From Candidatus Methanophagaceae archaeon (GTDB lineage Archaea; Halobacteriota; Syntropharchaeia; Alkanophagales; Methanospirareceae), in the NCBI GenBank assembly GCA_003194425.1, contig PQXB01000001.1, positions 250,444-282,443 on the forward strand: a stretch of DNA of 32,000 nt. The letters run 5' to 3'. The notes beneath the pieces are model-generated. The model did not search any database and was not told the origin of the DNA. It was given only the letters and a program-made list of their open reading frames with translations. A program made the translations under genes and the position numbers. Numbering within the stretch: position 1 is the first letter of the stretch; the number at the start of each line of letters is the position of its first letter. Of the stretch, positions 30,551 through 32,000 are shown one piece after another.

Positions 30551-32000
30551 ATGAAAACCAAAAGACTACTAAGCCTTTTAATAGTTTTTACAGTGGTGCT
30601 GAGTGTAAGCGTGAGTGCAGGAACGGTCTCGGCAGCGACGCCGAACGACGGGCCAGGTTCGAGCACGAGCAGCGGTGCGTTTTCTGGAGCAGAGGTGTTG
30701 GGTTTGCCGAGGAGTTTCACGCTCGAGGACAGCTTTGGCTACACTTGGGATTTGGACATCGTTTTTGGATGCGTGCTGTACGGCACAAAGACCTCGAGCA
30801 TTGGGACCTACCCAGCGTACGGGTACGTATTCGGGAACGAGATGGTTCTGTGGGCTGACAACCCCGGTTCTCCCTACTCGGACAGCTTTGCCTACACCGG
30901 AATGTGGAACTACAAAACAATGAAATTCGACGGAAAATGGGTCGGCTACCCAAAAGGGTCAGGCAATGTCTCAATGTGGTTTGCTAAGAGTGCGGTAGGC
31001 GAAGGAGAAGAAAAGACCTGGACGAGCGAGAATGTAGAAGAAGGACCTGACGCGGCGGCAAGTGCAGGCACAGAGACAGCGGTTGCACAACAAGCGGTTG
31101 CACAACAAAACCTCGATGCTGCGCCGAGCACTGAAGGTAGCGCTAGTGCTAGTGCGACATTCTTGATTGACGGAGAGAACGCGGAAGAAGAGATTAGCGG
31201 TCTGTTTAGTCGCGGTGCGATTTGCCTCGAAGACAGCTTTAGCTACACCTGGGATTTGGACATCCTCTACGGCTGCATCTTGTACGGCACAAAGACCTCG
31301 GGTATTGGAACTCATCCCGCGTACGGCTTCGTATTCGGCGACGAAATGTTCCTCTGGGCTGACAATCCTGGTGGGGAATATTCAGACAGCTTCGTCTACA
31401 CCGGGAAGTGGAACGCCGCGGTAACGCTCTTCAACGGAACCTGGATTAACTATCCGATGGGGTCTTCAGGCACGGTCGAAGTGTGGCCCTGCGGTGGTGG
31501 ACCAACTGAGACAGAGTACTACGCCGTAATCGCGGGCGAGGGTTACGGTTGTAGTTACGCCGACAGCGACGCCTACGATATGTACGGACTTCTTACGAGC
31601 GAGTTCAACAACAACTGGAAGAAGGAGAACGTCAGGCTGTTAGTGAGCACCGCGGACGGGACGAAACACGACTGCACACGGACAAAGATTCGGAACGGGA
31701 TTTCGTGGATGGCGAGCGAAGCGGACGAGGACGATGTTAGCCTCTTCTTCTACGCGGGGCACGGCGGTTACCAGACGGATGTGACACCACTCGACGAAAG
31801 CGACGGCAACGACGAATACATTTGCCCCGAGGGCGGGAACATTCTTGACGACGAACTCAACAACTGGTTGTCTGCGGTGCCTGGGTACAAGCTGGTCGCA
31901 CTCGACTCCTGCTTCAGCGGCGGGTTCATTAAAGCCGACGGAGCAGAGGTTAGGAGCGTGCCGGGACTGCCGAGAATTGACCGAACCGACGGTTTCAGAG
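30551..32000 (+). CDS. secreted caspase-fold (clan CD, metacaspase/orthocaspase-like) peptidase with duplicated N-terminal domain of unknown function; 3' end beyond window
   Basis: Not in the ORF track, presumably because it has no stop in the window.
- The ATG at 30551 lies 12 nt after the GGTG of TTAGGAGGTGA.
- Signal peptide: MKTKRLLSLLIVFTVVLSVSVSAGTVSA.
- Two roughly 90-aa repeats: LEDSF.YTWDLDI..GC.LYGTKTS.IGT.PAYG.VFG.EM.LWADNPG..YSDSF.YTG.WN (about 30720-30990 and 31230-31480).
- Caspase-like domain: catalytic His in SLFFYAGHGG (His codon 31760-31762), the metacaspase-style DESDGNDEYICPEGG, and catalytic Cys in LVALDSCFSGGF (Cys codon 31910-31912). Confidence 0.8.
   Translation, partial: MKTKRLLSLLIVFTVVLSVSVSAGTVSAATPNDGPGSSTSSGAFSGAEVLGLPRSFTLEDSFGYTWDLDIVFGCVLYGTKTSSIGTYPAYGYVFGNEMVLWADNPGSPYSDSFAYTGMWNYKTMKFDGKWVGYPKGSGNVSMWFAKSAVGEGEEKTWTSENVEEGPDAAASAGTETAVAQQAVAQQNLDAAPSTEGSASASATFLIDGENAEEEISGLFSRGAICLEDSFSYTWDLDILYGCILYGTKTSGIGTHPAYGFVFGDEMFLWADNPGGEYSDSFVYTGKWNAAVTLFNGTWINYPMGSSGTVEVWPCGGGPTETEYYAVIAGEGYGCSYADSDAYDMYGLLTSEFNNNWKKENVRLLVSTADGTKHDCTRTKIRNGISWMASEADEDDVSLFFYAGHGGYQTDVTPLDESDGNDEYICPEGGNILDDELNNWLSAVPGYKLVALDSCFSGGFIKADGAEVRSVPGLPRIDRTDGFR

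Overview
The window looks archaeal and euryarchaeote-like. Supporting signs are a 16S-tRNA-Ala-23S operon, a tRNA-Tyr with a C1:G72 pair and a canonical 37/38 intron, a PGF-CTERM sorting signal, LAGLIDADG rRNA introns, and surface proteins dense in N-glycosylation sequons. No tools were run, so every domain name comes from motifs read by eye.

Layout:
- (1) 1-4.6 kb: two small minus-strand ORFs that are absent from the ORF track. Next is a DtxR-family metalloregulator, divergently paired across a palindrome-rich 128-bp spacer with a 1103-aa secreted fusion protein. That protein reads as beta-propeller, DUF4430-like, PKD-like and BtuF/FhuD-type binding domains, then a C-terminal beta-sandwich.
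- (2) 4.4-10.9 kb, minus strand: an rRNA operon with many insertions. The 16S carries three (736 nt with an intact LAGLIDADG ORF, 113 nt, 202 nt) and the 23S carries two (165 nt, 109 nt). 23S homology stops near 5071, at roughly E. coli position 2330. Beyond that point lies a truncated LAGLIDADG ORF that abuts the truncated 3' end of the convergent surface-protein gene at about 4553-4571. The window contains no peptidyl-transferase centre, no sarcin-ricin loop and no 5S rRNA.
- (3) 10.9-15.6 kb: housekeeping genes (malic enzyme, ACT-domain protein, homoserine dehydrogenase, tRNA-Tyr, MoeA). Two of the enzymes carry low-complexity insertions encoded by tandem repeats.
- (4) 16.1-32 kb, plus strand: an island of secreted and surface proteins.
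  - a Cys-rich protein
  - a dockerin-bearing protein
  - a PGF-CTERM Pro/Thr-rich anchor protein
  - an S8 subtilase with a cohesin-like module
  - a 1849-aa LTD/CARDB/DUF3344-like giant with a 1.64-kb internal tandem duplication
  - a 517-aa paralogue that shares the same C-terminal domain
  - a COG1361-like CARDB-repeat protein and a membrane protein
  - a secreted caspase-fold (metacaspase-like) protease that runs off the right edge (also not in the ORF track)

The best candidates for something new are the broken, intron-rich rRNA operon and the protease-armed cohesin/dockerin surface island with its shared uncharacterised C-terminal domain.
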